Source of the DNA: an uncultured Bacillales bacterium
Lineage (GTDB): Bacteria; Bacillota_I; Bacilli_A; RF39; UBA660
Length of the DNA stretch: 50,722 nucleotides
Reading direction: 5' to 3'
Assembly (NCBI GenBank): GCA_946615975.1
Contig: CAMOID010000004.1
Span: forward strand, 1-50,722
Positions 48,765 through 50,722 of the stretch are shown here, in pieces. The notes below the pieces were generated by a model, which worked only from the letters and a program-made list of their open reading frames with translations, made no database searches and was not told the origin of the DNA. Within the stretch, counting starts at the first letter, position 1, and every line of letters begins with the position of its first letter. Both the position numbers and the translations under genes were made by a program.

Positions 48765-48782
48765 TAAAATAGGTGATAATAT

Positions 48783-49265
48783 ATGGCAGATATAGTTAAA
48801 GATAATAGTAATAGAGTATATCAAAATCCAGCTAAACTATTATTATTAATTCCAATTGGAACAATTATATTTATATATTTATTTGATATAGTATTTTTAA
48901 AAATTAATGAATATAGATTAAATAAAGTAACTGAAAATGTAATTATAAGTACTTTAGATCATGAACAATTTAATTCAGAACAAGCATTACAAGAATATGT
49001 AGAAAGAAGATTTAAAGAAGAAGGATATGATGAAAACTTTAAATTAGGGGTTGTTGCACATGATCAATATATGGTTGTAACTGCTACATATAACTTTTTC
49101 TCATTAAAAGGATATGTTTTAAGTAAAGAAGCACATGCTTCATCAGTTAAAATAGGTTATTATGATGAATATAAAACTCCTGTTGTAGAAGATTATCAAA
49201 ATAACCAAGAAATACCTAAGAGTAATTACTATATATTTGAAAATCAAGATATAAAAGTAGATTAG
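48783..49265 (+). CDS. hypothetical single-pass membrane protein (weakly TadE/TadG pseudopilin-like)
   Basis: LLLLIPIGTIIFIYLFD helix followed by amphipathic helix; no clear prepilin cleavage site. Confidence 0.55.
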   Translation: MADIVKDNSNRVYQNPAKLLLLIPIGTIIFIYLFDIVFLKINEYRLNKVTENVIISTLDHEQFNSEQALQEYVERRFKEEGYDENFKLGVVAHDQYMVVTATYNFFSLKGYVLSKEAHASSVKIGYYDEYKTPVVEDYQNNQEIPKSNYYIFENQDIKVD

Positions 49266-49320
49266 AAAGTAGAAATACTTTCTTTTTTATTGAAAAACAC
49301 GTAAATTAACTATATTTTGT

Positions 49321-49349
49321 TTGAAATAATCAATTCTATATGCTAAAAT
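49321..49349 (+). promoter_or_regulatory. rpmG-efp promoter
   Basis: TTGAAA (49321-49326), 17 nt, TGcTAAAAT. Confidence 0.75.
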
Positions 49350-49384
49350 ACTAATAGTTTTGTATATAAAAGGAGGCAGATTTT

Positions 49385-49564
49385 ATGGCTACTAAGAAAA
49401 CAGGTGCTAGACAATACATTGGATTAAAATGTCCAAAATGTAATTATATGATTAGACACACAGAAAAGAATGTAAAAAATACTACTGATAAATTAGAACT
49501 AAATAAATATTGTCCTAAATGTCATTCAGTTCAAGCTTTCAAAGAAGCTAAAATTGGTAAATAG
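49385..49564 (+). CDS. rpmG: 50S ribosomal protein bL33, four-Cys zinc-binding form (absent from ORF track)
   Basis: MATKKTGARQYIGLKCPKCNYMIRHTEKNVKNTTDKLELNKYCPKCHSVQAFKEAKIGK; AAGGAGG RBS. Confidence 0.92.
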   Translation: MATKKTGARQYIGLKCPKCNYMIRHTEKNVKNTTDKLELNKYCPKCHSVQAFKEAKIGK

Positions 49565-49594
49565 TATTTAGATAAATTGAAAGGATTGAAATAA

Positions 49595-50155
49595 ATGAAT
49601 ATTAGTATAAATGATATAAAAAATGGTATGACTATCATTGTTGATGGTAAGTTATGTTTAATTGAAGATTTCCAACATGTTAAACCTGGTAAAGGTTCAG
49701 CATTCATGAGAATCAAATTAAGAAATTTAAGAACTGGTGCTTTAGTTGAAGAAACATTCAATACAAATATTAATGTTGAAAGAGCTAGAGTAGAACATCA
49801 AAATATGCAATATCTATATGCAAATGGTGATTCATATGTATTCATGAATAATGATACTTATGATCAAATAGAAGTACCTGCTTCTAATTTAAAAGATCAA
49901 ATAAACTTCTTAAAAGAAGGTATGGATATTAAAATTATGACTTATGAAGGAGAAATCTTAGGCGTAGAACTTCCTGATAAAGTTGAATATGAAGTTATTG
50001 AAACTTCAGATGCTGTTAAAGGCAATACAACTAACAATGCAACAAAAGATGCTAAGATTGAAACTGGATATGTAGTTAGAGTACCATTATTCATCTCTCA
50101 AGGTGAAAAAATACTTATTACTACAGCAGACGGTAAATATGCAGGAAGAGCTTAA
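49595..50155 (+). CDS. efp: elongation factor P
   Basis: FQHVKPGKGSAF, VPLFI, GKYAGRA. Confidence 0.97.
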   Translation: MNISINDIKNGMTIIVDGKLCLIEDFQHVKPGKGSAFMRIKLRNLRTGALVEETFNTNINVERARVEHQNMQYLYANGDSYVFMNNDTYDQIEVPASNLKDQINFLKEGMDIKIMTYEGEILGVELPDKVEYEVIETSDAVKGNTTNNATKDAKIETGYVVRVPLFISQGEKILITTADGKYAGRA

Positions 50156-50170
50156 TCTCTTCCTTTTTTT
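50143..50170 (+). terminator. intrinsic terminator
   Basis: AGGAAGAG/CTCTTCCT stem with efp stop in loop, T7. Confidence 0.85.
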
Positions 50171-50267
50171 ATTGTATATATTAAGTAAAATATATTTTTA
50201 TTTTTTATATAACATTTATTTATATTTTTATATACTTTATAATTAAATTACTTGAAGGATGTGTATC

Positions 50268-50722
50268 ATGAAGAAACTATTAATTAGTAAATATGAAGGA
50301 GTATATGGTTATCAAATACTTATTACTTTTACTTTTCTTATTGCTATAGCAGGATTAATTTTATTTAACTTTGATAATATTTTAGATAATGATTTATATG
50401 CTACTACAAACGAAATAGTATTAGATAGATCTGAAGTAGATATTATTTCTAATAATTTGAATAATATTTCTAGTGAATCATGGAATGAATTATATAAAAG
50501 TAATACTCTAAGAGATATATATAGAAATAAAAATATTAAAAATATATCTAATATTACTTCTGATTTAGAATTAGGTAATATATTATATGAATATAATGGT
50601 TCTATAGGAGATAAATACTATAATCTTAAATTAAATAATAATAAATATTTTTTATTTAATAATTTAAATAATGATTCTAATATTTCATTATATATAGTAG
50701 ATAATAATATGAGCTTCTATTT
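50268..50722 (+). CDS. partial hypothetical membrane-anchored protein (runs off window)
   Basis: MKKLLISKYEGVYGYQILITFTFLIAIAGLILFNF...; frame open to the window end; AAGGA RBS and TATAAT upstream. Confidence 0.7.
   Translation, partial: MKKLLISKYEGVYGYQILITFTFLIAIAGLILFNFDNILDNDLYATTNEIVLDRSEVDIISNNLNNISSESWNELYKSNTLRDIYRNKNIKNISNITSDLELGNILYEYNGSIGDKYYNLKLNNNKYFLFNNLNNDSNISLYIVDNNMSFY

Noticed and set aside
3974-49761. Other short nested or antisense ORFs in the track (3974, 4998, 15941, 17347, 18057, 18185, 18723, 18881, 19924, 24235, 27948, 29006, 30534, 31194, 35561, 37232, 40328, 41970, 49531)
   Set aside because: All overlap well-supported genes in another frame or strand and lack independent support
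1-50722. Mollicute-type TGA-as-Trp recoding
   Set aside because: Long ORFs are intact under code 11, Trp is encoded by TGG, and TGA ends the gene at 5169 in an ATGA overlap

Overview
Very AT-rich, gene-dense chromosomal segment of a walled, genome-reduced Firmicute. Standard genetic code (TGA used as a stop, e.g. 5167-5169), a class A PBP, an NlpC/P60 protein, RecU, a ComN-like gene and TG-extended sigmaA promoters point to Bacilli; an RF39-like lineage is my inference. Housekeeping genes (pflB/pflA, rpsB, tsf, recU, engB, der, rimM, trmD, tig, rel, dtd, uvrC, rpmG, efp) are interleaved with many orphan ORFs, and normally conserved operons are broken up. I found no rRNA, tRNA, CRISPR array, transposase, integrase or prophage. 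Three genes are missing from the ORF track: a 48-aa highly basic ORF (22311-22457), rpmG (49385-49564) and a partial ORF at the right edge. Most notable: (1) a 1003-aa cytoplasmic fusion of a divergent GH10 barrel with a complete PHP phosphoesterase, directly behind a Nudix gene; (2) a full-length Rel whose (p)ppGpp hydrolase site is degenerate while the synthetase is intact; (3) the self-contained 48-aa basic ORF; (4) core proteins with unusual appendages (S2 with a Rho-N-like domain, PilB-type ATPase with DxNGN repeats and an acidic tail, PBP1A with a Lys-rich N-terminus, a surface protein with PASTA before its TM helix); (5) a recurrent architecture in which terminator hairpins overlap stop codons and their T-tracts run straight into the next TGnTATAAT promoter. 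All family calls come from motif recognition by eye; no database search was run.
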